Assembly (NCBI GenBank): GCA_046756925.1 | Contig: JBHHXH010000003.1 | Location: 1 to 62,749, forward strand | DNA: 62,749 bases | Direction of reading: 5' to 3' | From: Nitrospiria bacterium | Lineage (GTDB): Bacteria > Nitrospirota > Nitrospiria > SBBL01 > JAADHI01 | In this document: in pieces, positions 36,725 to 44,874 of the stretch | Position numbering within the stretch: position 1 is the first letter of the stretch | How the letters are laid out: each line of letters begins with the position of its first letter | Position numbers and translations under genes: made by a program | The notes under the pieces: model-generated | The model's database searches: none | Told to the model about the DNA's origin: nothing | What the model saw: only the letters and a program-made list of their open reading frames with translations

Positions 36725-37510
36725 TTAACGCTTCAAATTATTGGCGACGGACAGCATTTCGTCCGTGGTTTGGATGGCCTTCGAATTAAGTTCGTATGCC
36801 CGCTGCGCCACAATCATATTCACCATTTCTTCAGCGATATTGACATTCGAACCTTCCAGAGACCCCTGTAAAAGCGATCCAAAACCGTCCAATCCCGGGG
36901 TTCCCGTGGTGCCCGTTCCCGATGCCGCCGTCTCTTGAAAGAGATTTTTACCCAAGCTGTTTAATCCGGCGGGATTGGCGAAGCGGGCCAGTTCAATGCT
37001 GCCGACCAGGGTCGGGTCGGCATTTCCAGGTGTGAGGGCAAAGACATCGCCATCGGGATCGATGGTCAAGGTCAAGACATTGGTCGGGATCGAAATATTA
37101 GGAAGAATCGGGTAGCCCTCCGCCGTCACCATATTCCCCTCGCTGTCCAATTGAAACGAACCGGTGCGCGTATAAGCCGTCGTACCGTCAGGCAGGGTCA
37201 ACTGAAAAAAACCTTCTCCCTCGATCGCCAAATCGAAGGGGCTCTGTGTATCCTGAAAATCGCCCTGCTTAAAATTACGGTGCACCGCAACGGCCCGCAC
37301 CCCGGACCCGATCTGGATACCGACCGGCGTGGTGCCGATATCGGTTGTCGTCCCGGGAACCTTTAATGTTTGGTACAATAGATCCTGAAAATCCCAATTG
37401 CTCTTTTTAAATCCCACCGTCGATACATTGGCCAAATTATTCGCAATCACCTCAACGGATAGCTGTTGCGCTGCCAGCCCCGTGCTGGCCACCGATAATG
37501 CCCTATTCAT
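36725..37510 (-). CDS. flgG: flagellar distal rod protein FlgG
   Basis: MNRALSVASTGLAAQQLSVEVIANNLANVSTVGFKK and C-terminal EEMVNMIVAQRAYELNSKAIQT. The ATG at 37510 follows GGAGGAAGG. Confidence 0.93.
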   Translation of the reverse strand: MNRALSVASTGLAAQQLSVEVIANNLANVSTVGFKKSNWDFQDLLYQTLKVPGTTTDIGTTPVGIQIGSGVRAVAVHRNFKQGDFQDTQSPFDLAIEGEGFFQLTLPDGTTAYTRTGSFQLDSEGNMVTAEGYPILPNISIPTNVLTLTIDPDGDVFALTPGNADPTLVGSIELARFANPAGLNSLGKNLFQETAASGTGTTGTPGLDGFGSLLQGSLEGSNVNIAEEMVNMIVAQRAYELNSKAIQTTDEMLSVANNLKR

Positions 37511-37569
37511 AGACCTTCCTCCAATCTTTCCCCTCAATGCCTTTCGAGAACGATCCAAGCGAGAACGTC

Positions 37570-38322
37570 TCAGACCGCTGCGATTTCATTGGACACCTTC
37601 CCCTGAATTTCATCCGCAGTCTGAATCGCCTTCTGAGAAGCCTCGTAGAGACGCATCACTTCGATCATCGCCACCATCTCTTCAACCGGATTGACGTTCG
37701 ACCCTTCCAATGCCCCCTGCCGAAGTTGCCCATCCAATGACGGAACCGCCGTTTCGTTAACCGCCTCAAAAAAGTTTTTCCCGACCTTTTTCAGGTCACC
37801 CGGCGATGAAAATCGATAAATAGGCAGAAGATCGATCTCCACCGGCTCGGCGCCGGCCTCGACCCCTTTGACCGAAATCCTCCCATCCGCTTGGATAATA
37901 ATGTCGCCTGGAGGCAGTGTGATCGGTCCGCCGGAACCCAACACCGGAAAGTCGCCCAAAGCGAGGAAACCCTCCGAATTGATGGTAAAATGCCCGTTCC
38001 GCGTATATCGAAGACCCTCCGGCGTTTGAACGGAAAAAAAGCCCTTACCTTCGATCGCGACATCGAGCGCCGCTGAGGTTGTCCGGATCACACCCGGAGA
38101 AAGATCGGTGACGACTTGTTTTAAAATACCGAAGGCCGCGACCGGATCAATCGGACCTTCCGCCGAAACACGCAAGGGATCGACAGAGGCCATCACCCCC
38201 TCGAATACCGGAACATCCTTTTTAAACCCGCTCGTGGCGGCATTGGCCAGATTATTCGCAATCACTTCCATCCGTTTTTCTTGTGCCAGGGCGCCGGAAA
38301 GAACCGGGTAAACAGACTCCAT
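37570..38322 (-). CDS. flgF: flagellar proximal rod protein FlgF
   Basis: LSGALAQEKRMEVIANNLANAATSGFKKD and C-terminal EEMVAMIEVMRLYEASQKAIQT. 250 aa. Confidence 0.88.
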   Translation of the reverse strand: MESVYPVLSGALAQEKRMEVIANNLANAATSGFKKDVPVFEGVMASVDPLRVSAEGPIDPVAAFGILKQVVTDLSPGVIRTTSAALDVAIEGKGFFSVQTPEGLRYTRNGHFTINSEGFLALGDFPVLGSGGPITLPPGDIIIQADGRISVKGVEAGAEPVEIDLLPIYRFSSPGDLKKVGKNFFEAVNETAVPSLDGQLRQGALEGSNVNPVEEMVAMIEVMRLYEASQKAIQTADEIQGKVSNEIAAV

Positions 38323-38366
38323 GCAAGCTCCTATTTATGTCAAAATCATCTCGTTAAAGGATTATA

Positions 38367-38382
38367 AGCAAGACCTATACCA
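38367..38382 (-). promoter_or_regulatory. candidate sigma-54 promoter for the flgF operon
   Basis: Minus strand TGGTATaggtcTTGCT versus consensus TGGCAC-N5-TTGCW, with correct GG-N10-GC spacing. It lies about 45 nt upstream of the flgF ATG. Confidence 0.5.
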
Positions 38383-38591
38383 CGACAAGAGGGTCCAAAA
38401 AACCAGGCGTTCGCGCCCATAGAACCAGAAAAAGACGACCGGCCGGTGAATCTTGCCCATGCCGACCGGCAAAATTTTCCCGCACACCGTTGACGCCTTG
38501 ACAGGGTCCATTCCAATGGTTTTGAATGAATTCACTTGAGCAGAGGTCTTTAACTTCGTCAACTGCCAAAAACCCATGTGGAGGAAAAACA

Positions 38592-39626
38592 ATGGTTCAG
38601 GAAGATAAAACGACGCAGAAAGCCACCTTTGCGGGCGGCTGCTTTTGGTGCATGGAAGGCCCCTTTAAAGGCATCGACGGCGTGCTCAAAGTGGTTTCGG
38701 GATACATCGGGGGCACGGAAGCCGACGCCCACTACGAAGCCGTCTGCTCCGGAACAACCGATCACCTCGAAGCGGTGCAAGTAACCTATAACCCAGATCA
38801 AGTCGATTATGAGCGCTTGCTGGATACCTTCTGGCGGCAGATCGATCCGACGGACCCCGGCGGCGCCTTCGCCGATCGCGGCACCCAATACCATACCGCG
38901 ATCTTCTATCATAATGGAGCACAGCAAAAAGCCGCCCGTGCCTCGAAGGAACAACTCGGACAAGGCGGCAAGTTCGATCGTCCCATTGCCACCGAAATTC
39001 TTGAGGCGACGCCCTTCTATCCGGCCGAAGATTACCACCAGGGCTATTCCGAAAAAAATTCCACGCACTACCGACTGTATCGAAGTGGCTCGGGACGCGA
39101 AACATTCATTCAGGAAAACTGGGGCGATGAAAAAAATGTGCGCCCATCCACCCCGTCATTCACAAAACCCTCCAAAGAAGAATTAAAAAGAAAACTCAGC
39201 CCGCTTCAATACAAGGTCACGCAGGAAGACGGGACGGAACCGCCCTTTCAAAACGATTTTTGGGACAACAAAGCGGAAGGCATCTACGTGGATATCGTCT
39301 CCGGCGAAGCCCTCTTTAGTTCACGTGACAAATACGACTCGAAAACCGGCTGGCCAAGCTTTTTCAAGCCCATCGAAGCCGATGGCATCGTCGAAAGAAA
39401 AGATCGCTCTCTCTTTATGGTAAGAACGGAGGTCCGAAGCAAAGCAGGCGACTCCCACCTTGGCCACCTTTTTGACGACGGTCCGCCGCCGTCCGGACTC
39501 CGCTATTGCATCAACTCGGCCTCGCTGCGTTTTATCCCGAAGGAAGATTTGAAAAATGAAGGTTATGGAAAATATAAGGCGCTGTTTGAGGCTTCAAATC
39601 GAATTGGTTATTTATATTTTTTCTAA
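38592..39626 (+). CDS. msrAB: bifunctional peptide methionine sulfoxide reductase MsrA-MsrB
   Basis: MsrA active site GGCFWCMEG. MsrB motifs SGWPSFF and RYCINSASL with [11 protein letters not shown]. The ATG at 38592 follows GGAGG. Confidence 0.92.
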   Translation: MVQEDKTTQKATFAGGCFWCMEGPFKGIDGVLKVVSGYIGGTEADAHYEAVCSGTTDHLEAVQVTYNPDQVDYERLLDTFWRQIDPTDPGGAFADRGTQYHTAIFYHNGAQQKAARASKEQLGQGGKFDRPIATEILEATPFYPAEDYHQGYSEKNSTHYRLYRSGSGRETFIQENWGDEKNVRPSTPSFTKPSKEELKRKLSPLQYKVTQEDGTEPPFQNDFWDNKAEGIYVDIVSGEALFSSRDKYDSKTGWPSFFKPIEADGIVERKDRSLFMVRTEVRSKAGDSHLGHLFDDGPPPSGLRYCINSASLRFIPKEDLKNEGYGKYKALFEASNRIGYLYFF

Positions 39627-39712
39627 ATCCCCCTTATTCCGATATCGTTTCAGTTTTCTCTTTCCTTTCCCCCCTGACAAATATCCTAAATTTGGGATAA
39701 TAATATTGGAAG

Positions 39713-39832
39713 ATGATTAAAGCCCTTTATTGGATTGGAACAACACACGATGATTTAGAACCCCATGGACACCTAGAAGTTATGTTGTCGAAGCATCCTG
39801 AACTAATTGCCCATTTGGGGTTACGCAGCTAG
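39713..39832 (+). pseudogene. 39-codon remnant resembling the N-terminus of a Gp49/HigB-like toxin (tentative)
   Basis: MIKALYWIGTTHDDL resembles the conserved N-terminus (x-W-x-G-S/T-x-x-x-D-L) of phage Gp49/RelE-superfamily toxins. The ORF stops after 39 codons. It lies in an AT-rich intergenic islet. Confidence 0.25.
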
Positions 39833-39842
39833 TAGACATAGC

Positions 39843-39926
39843 GCCTAACAGTCGCTCAACCCAGCCGCGAATCTGTGTTATCAATTATAGGCCGTGTCGT
39901 CTTGCGGCGGCTCAGCATAGTTGTTC
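39843..39926 (+). repeat. attC-like imperfect inverted repeat (possible solitary integron cassette recombination site)
   Basis: Starts GCCTAAC (RYYYAAC inverse core). It continues AGTCGCTCAACCCAGCCGC ... GCGGCGGCTCAGCATA and ends GTTGTTC. AGCCGC/GCGGCT and AAC/GTT can pair. 84 nt long, beginning 10 nt after the stop of the remnant ORF. Confidence 0.25.
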
Positions 39927-40098
39927 TATCTTTCTTCTGGAATTCGTTAATTTCTACAGTTTAAGAATTTATCGAGTTGTAAGATAAGTTTAATACCTTC
40001 AGGATTTTGAATTTTGAAGGGTTGCAGGTGAAGACGACGGGGAATGAAAGTAGGCGTTTTCGTAGTGCCGCGTGAGATCAGGTTTTAACGTAACTGCT

Positions 40099-40986
40099 TT
40101 AAGACCGCTTAAAAGCCACGACCGAATTTTTAACGGAGCGGTCGGCACGCCAGCCGCCGATGAGGTAGACAGTATCGTTCAAGATAACGATGCCCATGGC
40201 CGCGCGGTCGAAGGGCATCGGCGGGAGGGTGTGCCACTTTTTTTCTTTGAGATCATAAACCGCGCCGTGCTTTCCGATCCCGACGCCTTCTTGAAAGCCC
40301 CCAAAACAATAGAGTCGATCTTTGAGGAGGCAGCTCCCCTGCCCTGCCGATGAATAGGGCATCTTCACTTCGCTGCGATGCCAGGCGTTTTGTTTCGGAT
40401 CGTAGACTTCGATGCGGTCGTATTCGTGGAAACCCTCGGGCGTGAAAGCCACGCCCCCCATTACCCAGATTTGGTCGTTGACGGCAACTGCGGATGACGC
40501 AAAGCGCGGTGTTGGCATCTCTGGGATCGCTTCCCACTGTGCGGCCTTGCCGTCCCAACGCTGTGAAAAGGCAAAGGCCGGGTCGGTCTGCGGTCCGCCC
40601 TCGGTGGCATCGGGATGATGCCCGCCAATGATATAGACCTGCCGGTCAAGCACGGCGGAAGCCGGATAATCGTGCGGCTGCAAGAGATCGGGCTTGGTCT
40701 CCCAGCGGTCTTCCTTCGGATAGTAGGCCTCGACCGCACGCAGAAACTTGAACTTCCCGTCCGGCTTTTTAAAACCGCCCCCCATCACCACAATCATCTT
40801 TCCCATGGCCGCGGCCATCGTCCCCGAGCGCGCCGTCGGCATCGGCGTAACGGGAGACCACTGATTCGTCACGGGATCGTAGACCTCGGAACAGTTCAAA
40901 CTTTTAAAATTCGGTCCGCCCCCACCGAAGGCATAGATCTTCCCTTCGAAAACGGCCACGCCGGGATGCGAGCGCGCCGTCGACAT
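40099..40986 (-). CDS. Kelch-repeat beta-propeller protein
   Basis: Repeated pattern (G..IY.FGG....... .Y.P..N.W....MP..R). About six blades. No obvious signal peptide. Confidence 0.8.
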   Translation of the reverse strand: MSTARSHPGVAVFEGKIYAFGGGGPNFKSLNCSEVYDPVTNQWSPVTPMPTARSGTMAAAMGKMIVVMGGGFKKPDGKFKFLRAVEAYYPKEDRWETKPDLLQPHDYPASAVLDRQVYIIGGHHPDATEGGPQTDPAFAFSQRWDGKAAQWEAIPEMPTPRFASSAVAVNDQIWVMGGVAFTPEGFHEYDRIEVYDPKQNAWHRSEVKMPYSSAGQGSCLLKDRLYCFGGFQEGVGIGKHGAVYDLKEKKWHTLPPMPFDRAAMGIVILNDTVYLIGGWRADRSVKNSVVAFKRS

Positions 40987-41048
40987 CGGGCTTAGGGTTT
41001 GCCATGTGCCGGAAAAGATGGGAAGTGAAATCGTATGACCTCTAGTCT

Positions 41049-41318
41049 TTAGGAGTCGGATTTTAAGGGAAAGCGTTCGGGATGCTCAAGGGTTTCAAGA
41101 CCCAGATCGATATCCAATTCCGGCCAATAAAAATGACCGGGAGAAAGTTCTTCCACTTTCAGAATCTTTCCCACCGGCGCATCTTTAAACCAGGGGAAGT
41201 CGTCATAAGCCATGAACAGCTCCTTATCGTTTGAAAGCAGCCAGAGGCCATGACATGATATATTCGTCACCTCAACTTTTGAAGTGTCTGTTCCATGCAG
41301 TTTCGAGCTCATTGCCAT
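41049..41318 (-). CDS. DUF2442 family protein
   Basis: FMAYDDFPWFKDAP...YWPELDIDLGLETLEHPERFPL is the DUF2442 pattern. Start is uncertain (ATG at 41318/41312, or GTG at 41270 just after the upstream stop). Confidence 0.75.
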   Translation of the reverse strand: MAMSSKLHGTDTSKVEVTNISCHGLWLLSNDKELFMAYDDFPWFKDAPVGKILKVEELSPGHFYWPELDIDLGLETLEHPERFPLKSDS

Positions 41319-41511
41319 GCGCCTTTATAATTTGTTCGATCTTTTTCAACTGTCCGTTCGAAAACCGATAACTTTTCGCAAGCGCGATTCTCGGAAGCAA
41401 CCAATACTTCGCCTCGCCGGTCCCACTCAATACATGCACATGCATGCGCGATTCTTCGCGCGAGAAGAAAAAGAACCGATAACCGCCTTCCTTAAATACC
41501 GTCGGGGACAT
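41272..41511 (-). CDS. DUF4160 family protein
   Basis: GYRFFFFSREESRMHVHVLSGTGEAKYWLLP is the DUF4160 pattern. 79 aa. Paired with the DUF2442 gene. Confidence 0.78.
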   Translation of the reverse strand: MSPTVFKEGGYRFFFFSREESRMHVHVLSGTGEAKYWLLPRIALAKSYRFSNGQLKKIEQIIKAHGNELETAWNRHFKS

Positions 41512-41543
41512 TCGACTTTATTTTAACACATAAGCCGGTCATC

Positions 41544-43235
41544 CTAACTCGTGATCGCCCCTTCCGAAGCCGAGGACACGTGCCGGGCGTACTTCGCCAT
41601 CACGCCGCTTTTGTAGCGGGGGACGGGTGCCTTCCAATCTTTTAAACGTGCTTGCAGTTCGGCCTCGCTGAGCTCGACATTCAAGGTCCGCTTTTCGATG
41701 TCGAATGTGATGGTGTCGCCGTCTCGCAATGCGGCGATGGGGCCGCCAACCGCCGCCTCGGGGGCAACGTGTCCGGCCATGAGGCCGCGTGTGGCGCCGG
41801 AGAAACGGCCGTCCGTCATCAGCGCGATGGAATCGCCCAGGCCCGCACCGACGATGGCCGCCGTCACGCCGAGCATCTCCCGCATCCCCGGTCCGCCCCT
41901 GGGCCCTTCGTAGCGTATCACGACGACATCCCCGGCTTGGATTTGGTTCCCCTTCACCGCGGCAAAGGCCGCCTCCTCGCAATCAAAGACCTTGGCGGGG
42001 CCTCGATGCTGTAAGCGTTCGTAACCCGCGACTTTAATCACGCAGCCCTCCGGCGCAAGATTGCCTTTTAAGATGACCAAACCCCCGGTTTTTTTGATGG
42101 GATCGGACAAGGAGTGCACCACCTGCTGGCCTTCCGTTTCTTTTGCGCTCTGCGCCTCCTCGCCGATGGCCTTGCCGCTCACCGTCATAACATCGGGGTG
42201 GAGGATGCCCGCGTCAAGCAGGCGCTTGGCAACGAGACGGATGCCGCCGGCTTGGTGCAGGTCGGAGGCCACGTACCTCCCGCCGGGTTTCAAGTCGGCA
42301 AGCAAAGGCGTCTGGCTGCTGATCCGGTCGAAGTCGTCCATGTTGAGTGGAATGCCCATCTCCCGGGCCACGGCAATAAGGTGTAGGACTGCATTGGTCG
42401 ATCCACCCGTCACGGCCACGGCCGCGATGGCGTTTTCGATCGATTCTTTTGTGATCACCTGGGCGGGCCGGATGTCGTTTTCAAGCGCCGCCATCACCAT
42501 CCGTCCGGACTCGAAGGCAACGGTGTCTTTGTCGGCATCTTCCGCCGGGACATCAGCGCTGCCCATGAAAGAAATCCCCATCACCTCGAAAGCGGTCGCC
42601 ATCGTATTGGCCGTGAACTGCCCCCCGCAGGCACCCGGTCCCGGACAGGCGTGGTCTTCCAACACGGCCAACTCATCCGTCGTCATCGTCCCTTTGGCCA
42701 CCGAACCAACGGCCTCGAAGACATCTTGAATCGTCACATCGTGATCTTTGTAACGACCCGGCGCAATGGAACCGCCATAGAGCATCAGCGAAGGGAGATT
42801 GAGCCGCGCCAGCGCCATCACTGCGCCGGGAATGGTTTTGTCGCAGCCCGACAAGGCGACCACGCCGTCGAAGAAATGCCCGCGCGCGACGAGTTCGATG
42901 GAGTCTGCCACGATCTCGCGGCTAATCAGCGAGGTCTTCATGCCCTCCGTGCCCATCGTAATGCCGTCCGAAATCGCGATCGTGTTGTACTCGATGGGCG
43001 TGCCGCCCGCCGCGCGGATGCCGTCCTTCACCTGCGCCGATAGCCGCCTCAGATGATAATTGCAGGGCATGGTTTCAATCCAGGTATTGGCGACGCCAAT
43101 GATCGGTTTATGCAAATCTTCATCGATCAAACCAATGCCCTTCAACATCGCGCGGGCCGGAGCACGGTCCGTGCCGTCGAGAATGGTGTGGCTCTGCTTT
43201 CTCAAATCGGAACTCATTTTTTCTTTCTCCTTCAT
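41544..43235 (-). CDS. ilvD: dihydroxy-acid dehydratase
   Basis: 563 aa with [26 protein letters not shown] and [16 protein letters not shown] Fe-S cluster motifs. Confidence 0.95.
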   Translation of the reverse strand: MKEKEKMSSDLRKQSHTILDGTDRAPARAMLKGIGLIDEDLHKPIIGVANTWIETMPCNYHLRRLSAQVKDGIRAAGGTPIEYNTIAISDGITMGTEGMKTSLISREIVADSIELVARGHFFDGVVALSGCDKTIPGAVMALARLNLPSLMLYGGSIAPGRYKDHDVTIQDVFEAVGSVAKGTMTTDELAVLEDHACPGPGACGGQFTANTMATAFEVMGISFMGSADVPAEDADKDTVAFESGRMVMAALENDIRPAQVITKESIENAIAAVAVTGGSTNAVLHLIAVAREMGIPLNMDDFDRISSQTPLLADLKPGGRYVASDLHQAGGIRLVAKRLLDAGILHPDVMTVSGKAIGEEAQSAKETEGQQVVHSLSDPIKKTGGLVILKGNLAPEGCVIKVAGYERLQHRGPAKVFDCEEAAFAAVKGNQIQAGDVVVIRYEGPRGGPGMREMLGVTAAIVGAGLGDSIALMTDGRFSGATRGLMAGHVAPEAAVGGPIAALRDGDTITFDIEKRTLNVELSEAELQARLKDWKAPVPRYKSGVMAKYARHVSSASEGAITS

Positions 43236-43250
43236 TGCATCAAATCGGTT

Positions 43251-44267
43251 TTACTGAACTTGTACCAAGGGTTGTTCATGGCAAGACGAGGCGTGCTTGA
43301 GGTCCAAGTCTTCGATCATGCGCAGATCGTCTTCCGGCTTGCGGCCCGAGGTGGTAAGATAGTTGCCGACGAGGGTATGGCTCGCGCCCGCCGTAAACAT
43401 CCAGGACTGGAGATCGCGCAGATGCACTTCCCGCCCGCCCGCCGTCATAATGTCCTTGGACGGAAGCATCAAACGGAAGACTGCGATGACCTTGAGGATC
43501 TCCATCGGACGCAGCGGCTGCACATCCTCGAGCGGCGTGCTTTGTATGGCGTGCAGAAAATTGAGCGGCACCACATCCACATCCAAGTCCTGCAATGCCA
43601 CCGCCAATTCGACGCGCTGATCGCGGCTTTCGCCCATGCCGAAGATCCCACCGGAACAGATGCCCATCCCCGCCTTTTTGCAATATTCGATAGTGCGGAT
43701 GCGGTCCTCGTAAGTATGGGTCGTACAGATCTCCGGAAAATAAGACCGGGCGGTTTCCAGGTTGTGATTGTAATATGCGATTCCCGCGTTTCTGAGTTTA
43801 TAGGCAATCTCTTGCGTGTCGATGATCCCCAGGGAGGCGTCGGTGCGCGTATGGCCGGCCGCCGCCAGCGCACGGATGCGTTCGAGCATGGCTTCGAGAT
43901 CGGGTCCATCGCGCAAACCCCACCAAGCGGCAACCAGCCCGAAGGCCTCTGCCCGATTTCCAGCCGCTTCTTTTGCAGCATCCTCGAGGTTGTCAGAATC
44001 GAGCAACGGATAGGTCGTGACGTCTGTGCCGTGAAGGGAGGACTGGGCGCAAAAGCTGCAATTCTCCGAACAGGCCCCGGACTTGGCATTGACAATCGAA
44101 CACAGATTAATTCGATCTCCGTAGTAATGCAACCGCACCCGGTTGGCCGAGGAAATGAGATCCATCACATCCGGCCCCTCGGCGGCGATCAGCTTGCAGC
44201 CTTCTTCATAGGACAGCCGCTCACCTTCGATGGCTTTCTCTTCCATTTCCCGAATAAAATCCCGCAT
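43251..44267 (-). CDS. bioB: biotin synthase
   Basis: Radical-SAM CSENCSFCAQS plus YNHNLET and GGIFGMGE. 338 aa. Confidence 0.93.
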   Translation of the reverse strand: MRDFIREMEEKAIEGERLSYEEGCKLIAAEGPDVMDLISSANRVRLHYYGDRINLCSIVNAKSGACSENCSFCAQSSLHGTDVTTYPLLDSDNLEDAAKEAAGNRAEAFGLVAAWWGLRDGPDLEAMLERIRALAAAGHTRTDASLGIIDTQEIAYKLRNAGIAYYNHNLETARSYFPEICTTHTYEDRIRTIEYCKKAGMGICSGGIFGMGESRDQRVELAVALQDLDVDVVPLNFLHAIQSTPLEDVQPLRPMEILKVIAVFRLMLPSKDIMTAGGREVHLRDLQSWMFTAGASHTLVGNYLTTSGRKPEDDLRMIEDLDLKHASSCHEQPLVQVQ

Positions 44268-44289
44268 ACCTTCTCCTTAACTTATCAAC

Positions 44290-44582
44290 TTATTTTTTCC
44301 GTCCGGTCCAGTAATCCGGTCTCCGATGTTGATGCACGATGGCGATCGCAAAAATATGATCTGCTTCGATCACATAGAGCTTCTTATATGGAAAGGTGTG
44401 AAGCAAACATTTTCTGATCTCGTTCCACTCAATCGACCAGGCCTTCGGATATGCCGTAATCCTGATGGCCGCCTTTTTAAACTCTTCCTTAAATTTCCGT
44501 CCAAGGCTTTGTACTCAAGCTCATAATACCGGACGGCATCATTCAATTCCCGCATTGCGTATTTCGAGAAAACGACCTTCAA
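44290..44582 (-). pseudogene. ParE/RelE-family toxin gene disrupted by a frameshift
   Basis: The TTG-start frame gives KVVFSKYAMRELNDAVRYYELEY. After about 44495 the family-like sequence continues in another frame (KFKEEFKKAAIRITAYPKAWS...FPYKKLYVIEADHIFAIAIVHQHRRPDYW, stop at 44290). This is consistent with loss of one G in a G-run (ttgg-acgg). Confidence 0.7.
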
Positions 44583-44787
44583 AGGTCATCCTTGAACACT
44601 TCCTCCATGGACACGCCTTCTAGTTTTTCCTCGCGATAGGCCTTTAGCCTTTTCTCGGCCTCTTCCCCCCAAATTTCATCGATTTTTTATCCGGTTCGTC
44701 AGGGCTTTTCAATAAGCCCTCAACAACCGTGAAGCACTCTTCGGGCTTTAAATTTAATGCCTGTTTAAGAATATCCTTGCTTTCCAT
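44579..44787 (-). pseudogene. addiction-module antitoxin gene disrupted by a frameshift in a homopolymer
   Basis: MESKDILKQALNLKPEECFTVVEGLLKSPDEPDKK runs to the A6 run (T6 on plus strand, 44683-44688). The expected IDEIWGEEAEKRLKAYREEKLEGVSMEEVFKDDL continues in the +1 frame. That frame ends in a TGA overlapping the toxin start. Confidence 0.65.
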
Positions 44788-44874
44788 TGCGATCATCCTC
44801 ATATTTGTCCGAAAGATAACACAGGCCGCTTTCGAAATCCATCTCGAAGCCACCTTGCATGACCAGCGTGGAAA

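Noticed and set aside
41539-41982. 147-aa Arg/Gly-rich minus-strand ORF, plus other alternative-frame ORFs inside ilvD
   Set aside because: They overlap the well-supported ilvD frame and have extreme R/G composition. They are frame artefacts.
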